Below are positions 34,961 through 47,767 of a stretch of 64,000 nucleotides of DNA, piece after piece. Each line of letters starts with the position of its first letter. Within the stretch, counting starts at the first letter, position 1. Made by a program: the position numbers and the translations under genes. This DNA is from Neophaeotheca triangularis (lineage: Eukaryota), in assembly GCA_054600435.1 (NCBI GenBank), contig BAAIJX010000061.1, forward strand, positions 1 through 64,000, in the 5' to 3' direction. The notes under the pieces were generated by a model. The model worked only from the letters and a program-made list of their open reading frames with translations. It was not told the origin of the DNA and did not search any database.

Positions 34961-36838
34961 GTTGCTTGGTGGAGGTTGGAGAGATTAGGGTAGAGGTGTC
35001 TCGTGACGGTCGTGAGTCGGTGTCGGCGGGTGCAGATGGCGATGGCAGGAGTTGGTGGTGGTGGGAGATGTCTGCTGCTGGCTCGTGTTTTGCGGGCGGG
35101 AAGGGAGAGGTCGAATGTTTGTTATGGACGCGCCAAGCAAAATGGGGGGTCCAGCCGAATCCGAAAGTTAGCGCTTAGCTTGTGGTGCCTGAAGAGGGGT
35201 GAGGCATCAATGATGATCTTCAAAACAACACACCTCCACTCGCCCTGTCTCTTCACTTAACGGCCAATAAATGCCCTCTGATCCACGGTACAGAAATAAC
35301 GTTGAGAGATACGAAAACGAACTGGTCCGGCCCATCTCACAATAGCGTGTCGCGCGACAGGAGGGGAGCGAACGATGTAGGCTATGCGGTTCGCAAAGCC
35401 CTCAGAGGATCAACCAGCAAGAGCTTGAGAACTGGGAAGCACTCCCGAACTAAGGCAGAATTGAGACAATTCATGGCATATGGGTACGCACACATTCTAT
35501 CGGAAAGTGTGTACGGGTTGAGAAGGATTGGAAGGCTCAAAGCCAAAAGGAGGGACGGACAAAGCCTGCGAACACCTTGGGACACCTTCAGAACGCGCAT
35601 CCCAGCCGTGTTGAGGACGAATATCAAGGTCTCGAGATCCAGTAACAGAATGTCTACATGGAGACACTGCAAAATCCACAGTCGCGTAGGGAACTTGCGC
35701 TCACCGGGTATGTTATCATGCGTCAGTTTCTTACCTTGAGAGGCTTGCCACGCTCGTCTCCCGGATAAAGGGGACCTAGTGGGAATCGCTGACGGTACAT
35801 ACGACAAGATTGCTTTGAGTGCGATGCGCCTTGCGCTCTTGTTGTGAAAGCTACTTCACCGTTCCTCCCTTAACATCACTTCGCGAATTGCAAATCTCAT
35901 AAGCCCCCACTTTCGAAAACCAATCTCCTCATAGTGGGCCCTGTTATGGTGCTGATCAAGAACTACGGTACTGCGCAATCTTTTCCTCATATTTTGCATC
36001 ACTCACGAAATTATACACTCCTTGCGCCGCCTGGCTGGGTTGAGCGAACCCCGGGAATCGGCTTTGCCCTGGATGATCTCCGCTCTGTGTTTCAGCTACT
36101 TCTGCGGTAGACCACACCTCTTCACGACTTCACCCTTCATCAGAAGTCCTTCCGGCGCAATCATCAGCGTCTGCAGTCCTAACATGAATCAGATCTTCCT
36201 GTTTGCCCTTGAGAACGACACCAGTGCCTCTACAAATCACTGGCTGATCGTTAATGGTCATCTGGACAATATGAAGTAGAGCATCAAGCGCCGAACCTGT
36301 TCTCGACAGCGATGGAAGTCTCGAACCTCAGATCGATCATTTCGCACGGTTCCGATGTTCGTCTCATGCATGCCCGAAGGGAACACTTTCACGGTTGAAG
36401 GTAAAGGAACATGATACGTGATAGGTTTCTGATGAGCATACCGTATCCAATCTTCATTTGTGGCCCCTCCACTCCTTCATTTCTGCTCGCATGTTCACTC
36501 TCACAAGTAGTTTGCGAAGTCCGGCTTCTCTCCTCTCTTTATTTCCTGTACCATTCTTTCAATCTAGTCCTAGTGACATTGAACACTTTCTTTTCAGTTG
36601 CTGTCAGCACTACCTCTTTTGGCGCTGATTGAGCCAATCTCTCTGCCTGGCGCAGCTCTTTTCGAACCCAGAGGATATCACAGCTACATTGTCTTTGTGT
36701 TTGGAAGGATAGGTGTTTCGAAAAGATACTCGCCAAACTCGGATTACAGGTCTGGTCTCGAGCTAGAGGCGCATATTGTACTGTGACGAGGCTTTGGAGA
36801 CCCTCCACGTTTCACGGGATCGCGAATCGATTCGAGTC

Positions 36839-38167
36839 ATGTTGGGTCTCTGGTCACTGTCTGTCATTGGGGCATTTGCTCTCGGTGCTCACTTTGTCGA
36901 AGCTCTACCACCACACATGCATTTACATCACGGCCCACCGCCCTGGTCAAGTCCCGCAGCTACTAGCGACACAGACGACATTCCACTTGCTGCAACATTG
37001 GACTCTTCTTTCCCAGACATGATCCGTGGGGTGAATCTCGGAGGCTGGCTGATCCTAGAAAAGTGGATGAACTGGGAGTTGTTCCAAGACAATGACGCGA
37101 AAGATCAATTTACTTTTGATCAAACCAACGGAGCCGAGCAGAAACTCAAGGACCATTGGGAGAGCTACATCACCGAAGAAGACTTTGAGCAAATTGCTTC
37201 CTGGGGACTCAACGCTGTCCGTATTCCGATCGGCTACTGGGCGTACGATAACTCCGGCACACCGTACATCCAAGGCGCCGATGCATACCTCGAAAAAGCC
37301 ATTGGCTGGGCGCGCAAGCACAGTCTTAAAGTCATGGTCGATTGCCACGGCTCACCAGGCTCACAAAACGGCTTCGACAACAGCGGCAAACTCGGTGTAG
37401 TGCGTTGGCAGGCCGGCGACAACCTCGATAGAAGCATCAACATTCTCGAAACCATGGCCCAGAAGTATGGCAGCCAAGAGTACTCCGACGTCGTCTACGC
37501 CATCGAACTGGCCAACGAGCCCATCTCCTGGAATGAAAACGATTTCAAAACCACCAAAGCCTGGGCCCAAAAAGCCTACCACGCCGTCAAAATCGCTTCC
37601 ACAAACCCCAACCTCATGGTCGTCATGCACGACGGCTTCATGGGGCCCTCACAATGGTCCCGCGTCGGCGACCACATCAACGGCGCCTCGACGCCAATGT
37701 CCGAAGCCAAATTCGCAATCGACGTACACTTGTACCAAAACCAAATGGCCTCGGACACCGAGCTCACGCAAGCCGAACACATTGCCAAAGCCTGCAATTA
37801 CACGACCTCGCACCTGCTGCCGCGAACTTCATCGCAACTCCCCGTCTACGTGGGCGAATTCTCCGCCGGCACAAACATTTGCGCTAATCCCGACGGCAGC
37901 ACTGTCGCCGGCAAGGAGTGCTGGATCGATGGCTGTCAGTGCAGCGTCAATGTCGATATCGGAGATTGGAATCAGCCTCTTGTGGACGCCACGCGTATGT
38001 TCCTGGAGGCGGAACTAGACGCTTTTGAGCGCGGGTCGAATGGGTGGTTTCTGTGGTCGTATAAAGGGCCTGGGGCGTGGGGGTATAGAAATCTGGTCGA
38101 GTTTGGGGTTGTTGGGGAGGATGTTACCCATCGCAAGTTTCCGAACCAGTGTCGGTATGACGGGTAG
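36839..38167 (+). CDS. Secreted GH5 exo-beta-1,3-glucanase
   Basis: Signal peptide, IRGVNLGGWLILEKW, VRIPIGYW, DCHGSPGSQNGFDNSG, acid/base NEP and nucleophile VGEF. Confidence 0.92.
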   Translation: MLGLWSLSVIGAFALGAHFVEALPPHMHLHHGPPPWSSPAATSDTDDIPLAATLDSSFPDMIRGVNLGGWLILEKWMNWELFQDNDAKDQFTFDQTNGAEQKLKDHWESYITEEDFEQIASWGLNAVRIPIGYWAYDNSGTPYIQGADAYLEKAIGWARKHSLKVMVDCHGSPGSQNGFDNSGKLGVVRWQAGDNLDRSINILETMAQKYGSQEYSDVVYAIELANEPISWNENDFKTTKAWAQKAYHAVKIASTNPNLMVVMHDGFMGPSQWSRVGDHINGASTPMSEAKFAIDVHLYQNQMASDTELTQAEHIAKACNYTTSHLLPRTSSQLPVYVGEFSAGTNICANPDGSTVAGKECWIDGCQCSVNVDIGDWNQPLVDATRMFLEAELDAFERGSNGWFLWSYKGPGAWGYRNLVEFGVVGEDVTHRKFPNQCRYDG

Positions 38168-38884
38168 GTAGATGGATGGTCGCCCTCGCTGTCGTGGGTC
38201 TTGGCATGGAATCATTTTCGCTTCTTGTTGGTTGTGCTGCGCACCTTTGATTCTTGAATTTTTTTCTATACCCTTTCTTGGATAGAACGATCTACTCATT
38301 AGATCCTCTTCTCAGTTGAATAGCAACGTCCCAGCGACTATCGCCTGTCTTGTAGAGCACGAACGATGTAAGGGCAGCCAGTGATGTGTTTACTATGATC
38401 TTGAAGCAACGCAAGGGGAGCTTGCCGACGTGGTGGGATTGCTGCAGATGAGGAAATATCACGCTCTGCCTTTTGAGGCCTACGACTACAGCATGTAACT
38501 TCTGGATTCATCGGATGGTATTGAGATGAAAGCACAGTGGCTTGACCTAGCTTAGTCAAATTGACTAGACAAAGCCGCTCTTACCTATGGTCGTCACATG
38601 ATCTGGATAAAATCGGCATGGAACTGCAATCCAGTCTTTGTATGACTGCTCAATCGAGATATGTTTCAAGGGTTTTCTTCATTGTGCAAGAAGATGGAGC
38701 TTCTTGACTTCAGCCTGATTGGCTGGTGTTAGAGCCGGCTAATGGATGGCCGAATTTGGCAAATGTCCTCAGCTTCTTGTCGTCCTGGGCGCTCGGACCA
38801 AGTTGCGCTTTTGATCTTCACATGCAGTGACTGAAGTGGTTCAAGGTCTCTCAGAACTACACAACAGACTCAACAGCCACAATC

Positions 38885-40232
38885 ATGCCCGCAATACTGG
38901 AGGAAGGCCCATCGGCAGCGACTGAAGGCATGCTCCAGGAATACACCGAACTGCCGTTTCCGCCTGTCACCAAACAGCAAATCTTGAATTGCTCATACCA
39001 CTCTTGGCATCCTAAGTACGGCTAAATCTATCGCAAACAGACGACGACGGCGCTGACATCCTTCGAGGTATCGCGCAGTCACACCAAAAGCACGTTTAAT
39101 ACCGCTGTCGCCACCTTTCTTGCAATACCTACGATCCGACGGCATAATTCTCCCCGACGAAGACAACGAACGACCGTACCGATCCCAAGACGATGACAGC
39201 GGCATCTTTTCCGCATCCGACAACAACAACGATGACGATGAAGAAGAAGACGAAGACATATCAGCGCCATGGTCGGACGTACACGAAACGATTCGGAACA
39301 CAATCGCAGAGCTTGGAGGCAAAGTGGTGCCCAAGCTGAATTGGTCGGCGCCAAAGGACGCAACATGGATGAACGCTACAAACAACATGGAGTGTCGCAC
39401 CCCAAATGACATATACCTGCTTCTCAAGAGCTCCGACTTTGTCACCCACGACCTCGAACATGCTTTTGACGATACCGTGGGTGCACCCGGCGAACCCTCC
39501 GAGATTCCCTACCACCTGGTCTTACGGAAAGCAGTGCAGATGAATCCTTCGGTGGAATTCAGGTGTTTTGTGCGGAATAGAAAACTCATTGGAATCTGCC
39601 AGCGCGACATGAACCACTTTGATTTTCTGTTTCCCATGGAGAATCAGTTGAGGAGTCAGATACAGCAATTCTTTGATCTGCGGTTGCGGGATACATTTGC
39701 GGACGAGAACTTTGTGTTCGATGTCTACGTGCCGGCGCCGCACGACAGGGTGTGGCTTATAGATATCAACCCATGGGCGCCGAGGACAGATCCCTTGCTC
39801 TTCAGTTGGTTGGAAATGTTGACAATGGACGAACCGCCGGAGCAGAAGGACCACGAAAGCAAAGAGGAAGAAGTCGTTTCAATACCAATTCGCCCAGCCG
39901 GCCAGAACGAATCTTCATCTCAAGATATGGACGCAGCGACTCGCGCTATACAAACGTTACTCACCTCGACTTCCAGCCCTAGTGACTCGGAAGACGAGGA
40001 GGAAGCAGACGAAGAACTCTGGCAGCCGGAGTTCAGGCTGATTGGGAAGAACGATCCGGAAGCCTACAGTTTTGCGACACCACAGTATAGCGCTCACAAA
40101 CTTCCGAAAGATGTCGTGGACGCTAGTCAGAGTGGTGAAGGTTTGAGGGAGTTTGCACGGGATTGGAAGAATGTCTTGGAAAAGAGGCGGAGAGAGGATG
40201 AGGTTGCCCAGAGTAGTGGGGATGATGATTGA
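38885..40232 (+). CDS. CDC123: Cell division cycle protein 123 (eIF2 assembly factor, D123 family); exons 38885-39015, 39068-40232
   Basis: [41 protein letters not shown] and [16 protein letters not shown]. Confidence 0.93.
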
Positions 40233-40685
40233 GAGGCCTGAGTCTCGATTCCTACCTAAGGTAATATCAAGGCTGTAACAGGAACGATTTCCGTTAATCA
40301 AACTGCAACAAGTCACGTGTGTAACGGCTCTCGAAGCCGACAGGGCTCTAGCCTCTGCGTGGCTCCAGAAGCACGCTAATCCGAAGCCGAAGCATTTATG
40401 GGGATTTGAGCACGTTTGAGAGGCGCTAAAGATACAGGGCCCACTACATTAAAGTCAAACATGTCGTTACACGAAGACCTCGCCCGGTGGTTGTGCAGCC
40501 CAGTGCAGGTGGCTTTTATTGCCATGACTTCACGGTCGGGGGAAATGCTTGAACTAGGTAGATACGAGTAATAACCACCTGGGTATGTATCCATTACTTC
40601 TTCTCTTCCTCTTCTCCGTCTCGCCTTCCATCTGCAAACACGTTCGCTTCTCTTATCTCGACTTTCATTCGTTGTAGCTTTCAAG

Positions 40686-42713
40686 ATGGCGGGAACCCAC
40701 TTGGAGGCCAGACACATTCAAGACCACAATGCCGAAAACATCACTGAGGTCTTCCATTGGGGCTATGCGACTCGCGTCTTGCCATGCACCAGCGGCGAGG
40801 GAACTTGTGAATACCTGGATGCCGTTTACTGGATGCATGATGTCTCGATGCTGTACACGTTCATCATGTGGGGGGTGATCTTGGGCATACTGGTCATGTG
40901 GGTGGTTCTGAGGGGGTGGAGGATGGGCGGAGTTCAACAGAGAATGGGAGGTGTGATTGATAGCACCTGTGATGCGGTCAATAGAGCGATGAGACGGTGG
41001 TTGTTGCCGGATGCCCCGCTGAAGTCTGTCTTTGGGATCGTTACGAGGCTGCAAGTCGTGACGCTGGCCGTCATGCTGGCATACTTGCTGGTGTTTTCGT
41101 AAGTTTCGCATTACCCGACAATTCTTGGGTCATATGTACTAACAGCGGGTAGTCTGGTTGGTATAACCTACAAGTCTTGGGTCACTCCAATCGAGGGCAC
41201 GGACATGCACAACATCCGGACTGGTGCTGGAGGCTGGAGCGACCGCATTGGTGCTCTCGCATACGCTCTCACCCCTTTCACGATCCTACTCGCGAACCGT
41301 GAAAGTGTTCTCTCATGGCTCACTGGAATCCCGTATCAGCACTTCAACTTCCTCCATCGATGGTGCGGCCGGGTCATCTTCATCCAGTCCTTCCTCCACA
41401 CTCTCGTCTGGACTGTCGTGATGGGGAAGCTCTACCAACCCCAACCCGACCAGTACCGCGACTTCCTGAACCAACAATACATGATTTTTGGCGTGGTAGC
41501 CATGCTCTTCATCACCTTCCTCACGGTCTTCAGCACCCAACGCGCAATCAAATGGACTGGCTATGAGTTTTTCAAAGTCACCCACTGGATCGTTGCAGTG
41601 CTGTACATTGGCGCTTGCTGGGGTCATTGGGAACAGCTCTACTGCTGGATGGTGCCTTCACTCGCCCTCGTCTTCATCGACCAAGCAGTCCGCGGCCTCC
41701 GCATCCTAGCCCTCCACTACCGCGGCGGCAAAGGCGAAAGCTGGGGTTTCAAATGCGCTCAAGCCTCCATGACATTCCTCGAAAGCGCCACAGACGACCA
41801 AGTCATCCGTCTAGACTTCGAGTACCCGCACCGACAACCCTGGTCTCCGGGCCAGCACTTCTACCTCACTTTCCCCAGTCTTAGCATCTGGCAAGCGCAC
41901 CCTTACACCCCCTCCTCTCTCCCGGAACCCCGCTCCACCATCCAAAAACACACCTATCTGATCCGCGTGCGCGCTGGCCAAAGCGCCCAGCTCGCGACTC
42001 TCGCAGCCCAAGGCTCGACCCTGCCCGTCATCCTCACAGGCCCCTATGGCAACTCTCACCCGGCAAACCAAACCAACAACCTCCTGGCCATCGCCGGCGG
42101 CACAGGCGTTACCTTCACCCTCCCCATCGCCCTCGCTACTCTCCGCCAACCAATCGTCCCCCAAACCCTCGTCGACTTCGTCTGGGTCGCTCGCCGCGTC
42201 CAAGATCTTCAATGGCTGCAACGCGAACTCCTCGAATTACGCGAACTCGCGCAGAAAACTCCCAGTTTACGAGTCAAAGTTTTCATCACTCGCGAAGTCG
42301 CGGAGCAAGCTTCGCTACTCGCTTCTTCTTCCTCCGACAGCGAAAGCAGCAGCGAAGCGAGCGTGCACGATTTCGAAAAACAGGGAGCTTTTGAAGCGAG
42401 GACGCGGATTCGGGACTTTGCCGCCGGCGGGGAGAAGAGGTTGAGTCGGCGGCAGTTTTTGGATGCGCTGAGGCCGGTCGAGGAGAAGCAACACCAGCTG
42501 GAGGATGGGAGGTTCGCCGTCGAGTTTTTGGGTGGTGCGCATCCGAGTCTTGAGCAGGTTGTCGGTGGGTTCATGGAGAGAGCCGAGGTTAGGGGTGGGT
42601 GTGTGGAGGTTGTGGGGAGTGGGCCTGAGGCTATGGGGAGTCAGTTGAGGGAAGCGGTGGCGGGGGTGAAGACGGGGGAGAGTTTGGGTTTCTACTGGGA
42701 TAGCAGGGGTTGA
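40686..42713 (+). CDS. Ferric/cupric reductase transmembrane component (FRE family); exons 40686-41098, 41153-42713
   Basis: Heme His in FLHRWCGR, FLHT and THWI; FAD-binding PGQHFYL...HPYT; NADPH-binding IAGGTGVTF; C-terminal SGPEAM; intron GTAAGT...ACTAAC...TAG. Confidence 0.9.
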
Positions 42714-43290
42714 TTATTGGTAAAGTGGAGGGTGTGAGAGGATGTGCTTGTGGTGGTTGTGTTGTGTTGCTGCGTTCTGAGCGGAATTTATAGCCTTGTG
42801 CTGTGCACCTTTTTTCATGTTTTAGATGGCATTTAGTCGCGTTGGATCGACTTAAATCTTTTTCTCATCAACTCCATAAGTTACGAGGTATTACCGTATC
42901 ACGAGCGTCTTCGGGTCCAAGGGATTGCGAAGATCTGACTCTGAAGAAACCATTTGCTACACAGACACGGCTCTCCCACGCGATTTGCTTGGATTAGAGC
43001 GAACGCACACCTCATGCCCGGCGTATACTTCGTGCGTTGTAGCATTGGATGCGTGCATGCCCTGCAGGTGGTCTCCGACTGTCAATGAACGTCCGCATTC
43101 TAGCATCAATGGCCGTTTACCCAATCAGCACGGCCGTTATAACCTTCAATGGCCATCACGTTGTCAGCTCCAACAACAACGTCGCTAAAGGTCAACCGAG
43201 AAAGATAGCCGCGATTGCTCATCATGCCAGTTGAGCGAAGATACATAGCAATGATCCATATATTCACCTAAATAGTAGGTAAGTACTAGC

Positions 43291-43298
43291 GTCACGTG
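43291..43298. promoter_or_regulatory. GTCACGTG E-box upstream of the amino-acid permease
   Basis: Exact motif about 270 bp upstream of the ATG. Confidence 0.35.
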
Positions 43299-43570
43299 CG
43301 GGTTTGCCAAAAAGGAGAACGGAGGGCTTGGACCCTGAGTTTTTGAACGCAGGCGACGTTTGCGGCTACGTCCTTGAAGCTCGTACCTTAGCAGTTACAG
43401 ATTCCCCCAAAACATGCATAATGACGGTCTGAAATAACTTTAGCAGTATTAACACGGCAACGAATCTTAACGACCTCTTCTGGCCACGATAATGAAGACA
43501 ACCTGTGCATATCACGTATCCTCATAATACTCTAGTCCTGCCTTCGTAATCCAGAGAGAGCCTGCCGCAG

Positions 43571-45388
43571 ATGGTGCAACACTCGCCCGCTGCCCTGGCA
43601 CCTCCGCGCGACTCCCTCGAACTCGCTTCCCTCGCTTCCTCCGACCATGGCGACGACGCCGCCTCACTAGGGAGCTCGTCTTCCTCCGGAGTTCCCTCGA
43701 GCCGCAAGCTATCTTTCGAAGACACCGACGACAACAATGCTGCCGCTAGACCCGGGCAAGCAGGCCGCCGAAGCTACTCCGTCTCGTCTGCTTTCGACTT
43801 CGCGAGCAACCTCTTCCCCCTCTCCAGTTCCGGGGCTGGGTATACGGCCTTGGGCGCACCGTCGGGAGCGCAGGAATACGATCTGGGCTCGCAGAGTTTG
43901 GAGAAGCACAAGAGCTTGACGTACCTGAATGGATTGTCCTTGGTTGTGGGGTTGATTATTGGGAGTGGCATTTTCTCGTCGCCGGCCAGTGTCAATAGTA
44001 ATGCCGGATCGCCGGGGGCTTCGCTGATAGTCTGGGCCATTGCGGGACTGTTGGCTTGGACGGGCGCGGCGAGTTATGCGGAGCTTGGGGGCGCTATACC
44101 GCTGAATGGAGGCGCTCAAGTCTATCTGGCCAAGATTTTTGGCGATTGGGCGGGCTTCTTGTTCTCGTGGTGCGCTGTCACCGTTCTCAAGCCTGGGTCT
44201 GCGGCTATCATTGCCATTATCTTTGGAGAATATGTGGTTCGCGCGGTAATTGGCGCAGATGCTTCGGACGCCAGCGCTTGGGTGAACAAGGGTGTTGCGA
44301 TCCTGGGCCTTTTCCTCGTCACCTTCTTCAATTGCGTTTCCACTAAGCTCGGCGCGAGGCTGTCGGATCTCTTCATGATACTCAAGTTTATCGCGTTGAT
44401 TGCTATAACAGTAACGGGGGTGGTGGTAGCTACGACAGGCCTAGCTTACAACAAAGAAGCCCTCTCCAGCACCTGGAAAACGACCTCCTGGTTCGAAGGC
44501 ACATCCACCTCCTCCTCCCAATGGGCCGTAGCCCTCTACGCCGGCCTTTGGGCTTACGACGGCTGGGACAACACAAACTACGTGGTGGGAGAAATGCTCA
44601 ACCCCTCCCGCGACCTGCCCAAAACAATCCACACCTCGGTCCCCTGCGTCATCCTCGCCTACCTCCTCGCCAACCTCGCCTACATCTTCGTGCTTCCCCC
44701 CTCCGTGCTCGAAACCTCAAACACTGTCGCCGTAGCTTTCGGCTCCACGGTCCTCGGCCCCGTCGGCTCCCTTCTCCTCGCCCTCGTCGTCTCCGGTTCC
44801 TGCTTCGGCAGCCTAAACGCCACAACCTTCACCGCAGGCCGGCTCGTCTACAGCGCCGGCCGCGAAGGCTGGATCCCCTCCCTCTTCGCCCGCGTCGGCG
44901 TCTCGCAAACCCCACAAATGCGCCTTCCCAACCGCTCTTCCACAACAGCAAAACGCTGGACGGCCTTCCTCGCCGACGACGCGGGCTTCTTCTTCACCCC
45001 AATCTACGCCATGGCTCTCAACGCGCTCCTAACCTCCCTCTACATCCTCGTCGGCGACTTCCAAACCCTCACGACTTTCTACGGCGTCGCCTCCTACCTC
45101 TTTTACTTCGCCAGCGTCGTCGGACTCATAGTCTTGCGCGTGCGGGAACCGGAGCTGCACCGCCCCTATAAATGCTGGATCGTGACGCCCGTGGTTTTCT
45201 GCTGCGTTAGTCTGTTCTTGCTCAGTCGCGCCGTTTTCGCTAAGCCGTGGCAGGCGCTCGTGGTGGTTGCGTTCATTGCCGTGGGCGTGCCGCTTTATTG
45301 GTGGAGAGCGGGGGCTGGGAGTGAGAAGAGGAGGGGAGGTAGGGAAGAGGGGTGGTGGAAGTTTTGGAAGCGGTGGGGGAGGGGATAG
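43571..45388 (+). CDS. APC-superfamily L-type amino acid transporter (LAT/Mup-like permease)
   Basis: GLIIGSGIFSSP, YAELGGAIPLNGG, LWAYDGWDN and LRVREPELHRPYK, with about 12 TM segments. Confidence 0.92.
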   Translation: MVQHSPAALAPPRDSLELASLASSDHGDDAASLGSSSSSGVPSSRKLSFEDTDDNNAAARPGQAGRRSYSVSSAFDFASNLFPLSSSGAGYTALGAPSGAQEYDLGSQSLEKHKSLTYLNGLSLVVGLIIGSGIFSSPASVNSNAGSPGASLIVWAIAGLLAWTGAASYAELGGAIPLNGGAQVYLAKIFGDWAGFLFSWCAVTVLKPGSAAIIAIIFGEYVVRAVIGADASDASAWVNKGVAILGLFLVTFFNCVSTKLGARLSDLFMILKFIALIAITVTGVVVATTGLAYNKEALSSTWKTTSWFEGTSTSSSQWAVALYAGLWAYDGWDNTNYVVGEMLNPSRDLPKTIHTSVPCVILAYLLANLAYIFVLPPSVLETSNTVAVAFGSTVLGPVGSLLLALVVSGSCFGSLNATTFTAGRLVYSAGREGWIPSLFARVGVSQTPQMRLPNRSSTTAKRWTAFLADDAGFFFTPIYAMALNALLTSLYILVGDFQTLTTFYGVASYLFYFASVVGLIVLRVREPELHRPYKCWIVTPVVFCCVSLFLLSRAVFAKPWQALVVVAFIAVGVPLYWWRAGAGSEKRRGGREEGWWKFWKRWGRG

Positions 45389-47217
45389 TGGGTGATAGAT
45401 GTGACTTGGATAGGTTTGCGTATCATCTTGGTGGTTTTTGGGACCAACTTTTCCGGCATCTTCTTTTTCAATCCTGTCACATCGTTTGCTTCTCCAAAAT
45501 GGCGGTCCCTGTCAGATCCCAGTTGCAAGGTCCTGCTGCCCTCCGCATTGTCAGATCCCCTACAGGATGTATTACCCACCGACCGCGGTTTCGAGGTGCG
45601 GGCTTCCTCGATCGTCAGGGGCCGCCGAATCTACATAGCAGCTGGCAGACCTGACGTCCCATCCATCCCGGCGGACAAATCTCCATTCTGCCTACCCGAC
45701 ACTCTTGTCATCTTCGCCAGCACCTTTGCCACCCTTGCCGTCACTATCTGACCTACGCGACGCTGTCACGACCAGCCTGGTGATGACTCTCTTCCGCCGT
45801 TCCTGTTGCCATTTCTCGATACAGCACCGCCTCTCAGCCATCTGATATTATTTCCTAGAAATGTCGCTTTCTTGACAGATTGCCGTTGATATGGGAGCCA
45901 TCCGTAGCTGAACCATGCTTCCCAGCCATCGGCTCGTGAAGGTTGGAACTTTAAAAGCGCCGAATCCTGTCAGAGCTTGTCTACTCAGACAACGGAAGGT
46001 TTCGATAGTGAGAGTGGTAGTGTCGGGATACGGAGTTAAAAGCGTGTCTTGGCATGGTAGCGAAAAGGAGGCTTGGACCGCTGGGGTGGATCCAGAGACT
46101 CTACTCGAGCTCCCGAGCACGCCTGGGCCACTTGATGGATTGGACTCCTCATCCCGTCATCGGCAAGAGCCGTTACATACCCACGACGAGCCATACAGAC
46201 CTCTCGCATCATCCATCACGTCAAGCCAGCCATCCCCTTGGAGCCAGTTGTAACATCTCGCCACTTGAGTTTTACGCTTCCACCAGTACTCTGCAAGCTT
46301 CCCATTTTATAGGCGCTCGCGTTGCGAGATCATTCGGAAGGCGACTACGTGCTCTCTGGTGGGTGAGTCCAGCTATCAGGGCCTGGAGATTGAGGGGGAG
46401 TGCTGTATAGCAGCGGGAGATTTTGAGAAATCTTTGGCTCAATACCAAGCCACACCATACAGAGTTGTTTCAAGTACGGCTGGAGCGATTTGGTGCTTTC
46501 CCTGGGGCCGAACACTGTGTCCTAGAGACCGTTATGGCATGAGTAGGAACTCGACTGGATCAGGAGACGGTGGACAGCGACTTTAGTTGGAAAGTGTTGT
46601 GAGGTGAGGTGAGCGTTTGCATCGTGGTATGCCCGGCCTCGATCGCGCGGAGACTTCTCAGGCCGGCTGAACAACGGGAGCCTCCCTTTGCTCTTTCCCG
46701 GATGTGCCTCGATGAGAATAGTGTGGGTGACAGATGAGCTTTCTTCGGGACGATAGTTTGACGGTGCTTTGTGAGGCTTCACCCGGCAGCATGGACAAGA
46801 AAAGATATTGCTGGGATTGAGCACCCCTGGTGGCACCCCCGATCCCCAGTGATTGGGGGACATCGTCCCGAAGTGTGACTAGTGAAGGCGTTAAAGTAGA
46901 ACATCAGTGCTAGAAGTCGTCTGTAGGGAAGCTCCTTCCATGGCAGCATCTCTCGTCCCGTGTTCCCCACAATGAGTGAAGTTTGAACACGGCCTGATTT
47001 CAGTACAAGCGACTTGCCATAAGGTCACGTACGAGACTCGAGAGTTTACTCGCGGCTTGTAGCCTTCTCAATGAACCAATCTTGTAGGCGTTGCAAGGAT
47101 GAGAAAGCAACGAGGCCGCAAGAAAGCAAGCGAGACACAAATAGAGCAGCTCACATGACACGAAGGCCCACACCAAGCATACGCCAAACACCATGCATGC
47201 ACTCACATCCATCAAAG

Positions 47218-47767
47218 TCACCGCGCCCTACTCCTCCCACCTCCAGTCCCACCACCCTCCCCTTCACTCTCCTCCCCACTACTATCCCTAAACCCTTCCT
47301 CCACCTCCCTACTCAACCTCCTTTCACTATCCAACCCCCTCCCCTGCCCACCTTGCCCCGCAACCCCATAAGCCCCACCCCTCTCCCTAGTCCTATACCC
47401 CCTGCCCCCAAAATCAAATCCAACCATACTCTCCCCCTCCTCCTCGCCAAAAGCCAACTCATCCCCCCCGCCTCCACCGCCCGTCTCACCGCCATTATCG
47501 CGCCGTAGACGGTTCACGGAATTCCAGAAACGATCGCGAAGAGTTGTGGCCGTGGCGGAGAGGCTTTGCGGGACTGGGAGGTATTCGTAACGTGTGCGGT
47601 AGCGGGTGTAGAGCGGGAGGAGGGCGTAGACGATTAGGAGATAGAGGGCTAGCGCTATTAGGGCGGGGAGGAAGACGACCTGGGGGTTGGAGGGGTAAGT
47701 CGGGGTGTTGGAATTTCGTGGGAGAGAGCGGGGGGAAGGGTACTTTTACTACGTCTAGGAAGGCCAT
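47218..47767 (-). CDS. Small single-pass membrane protein of unknown function; exons 47767-47744, 47679-47218
   Basis: MAFLDVVK|VVFLPALIALALYLLIVYALLPLY..RYEYLPV...RRLSREVEEGFRDSSGEE; a 64-nt intron GTACCC...ACTTAC...CAG joins two frames into an open, TM-containing protein. Confidence 0.7.

Noticed and set aside
35300..36300. Fragmentary ORFs here and at 45450-47000 and 59960-60750, as possible pseudogenes or transposon relics
   Set aside because: No transposase/RT motifs, terminal repeats or recognisable protein similarity by eye.
36839..45388. GH5, CDC123, FRE and permease as a functional gene cluster
   Set aside because: Co-oriented but functionally unrelated, with no backbone biosynthetic enzyme or shared pathway.
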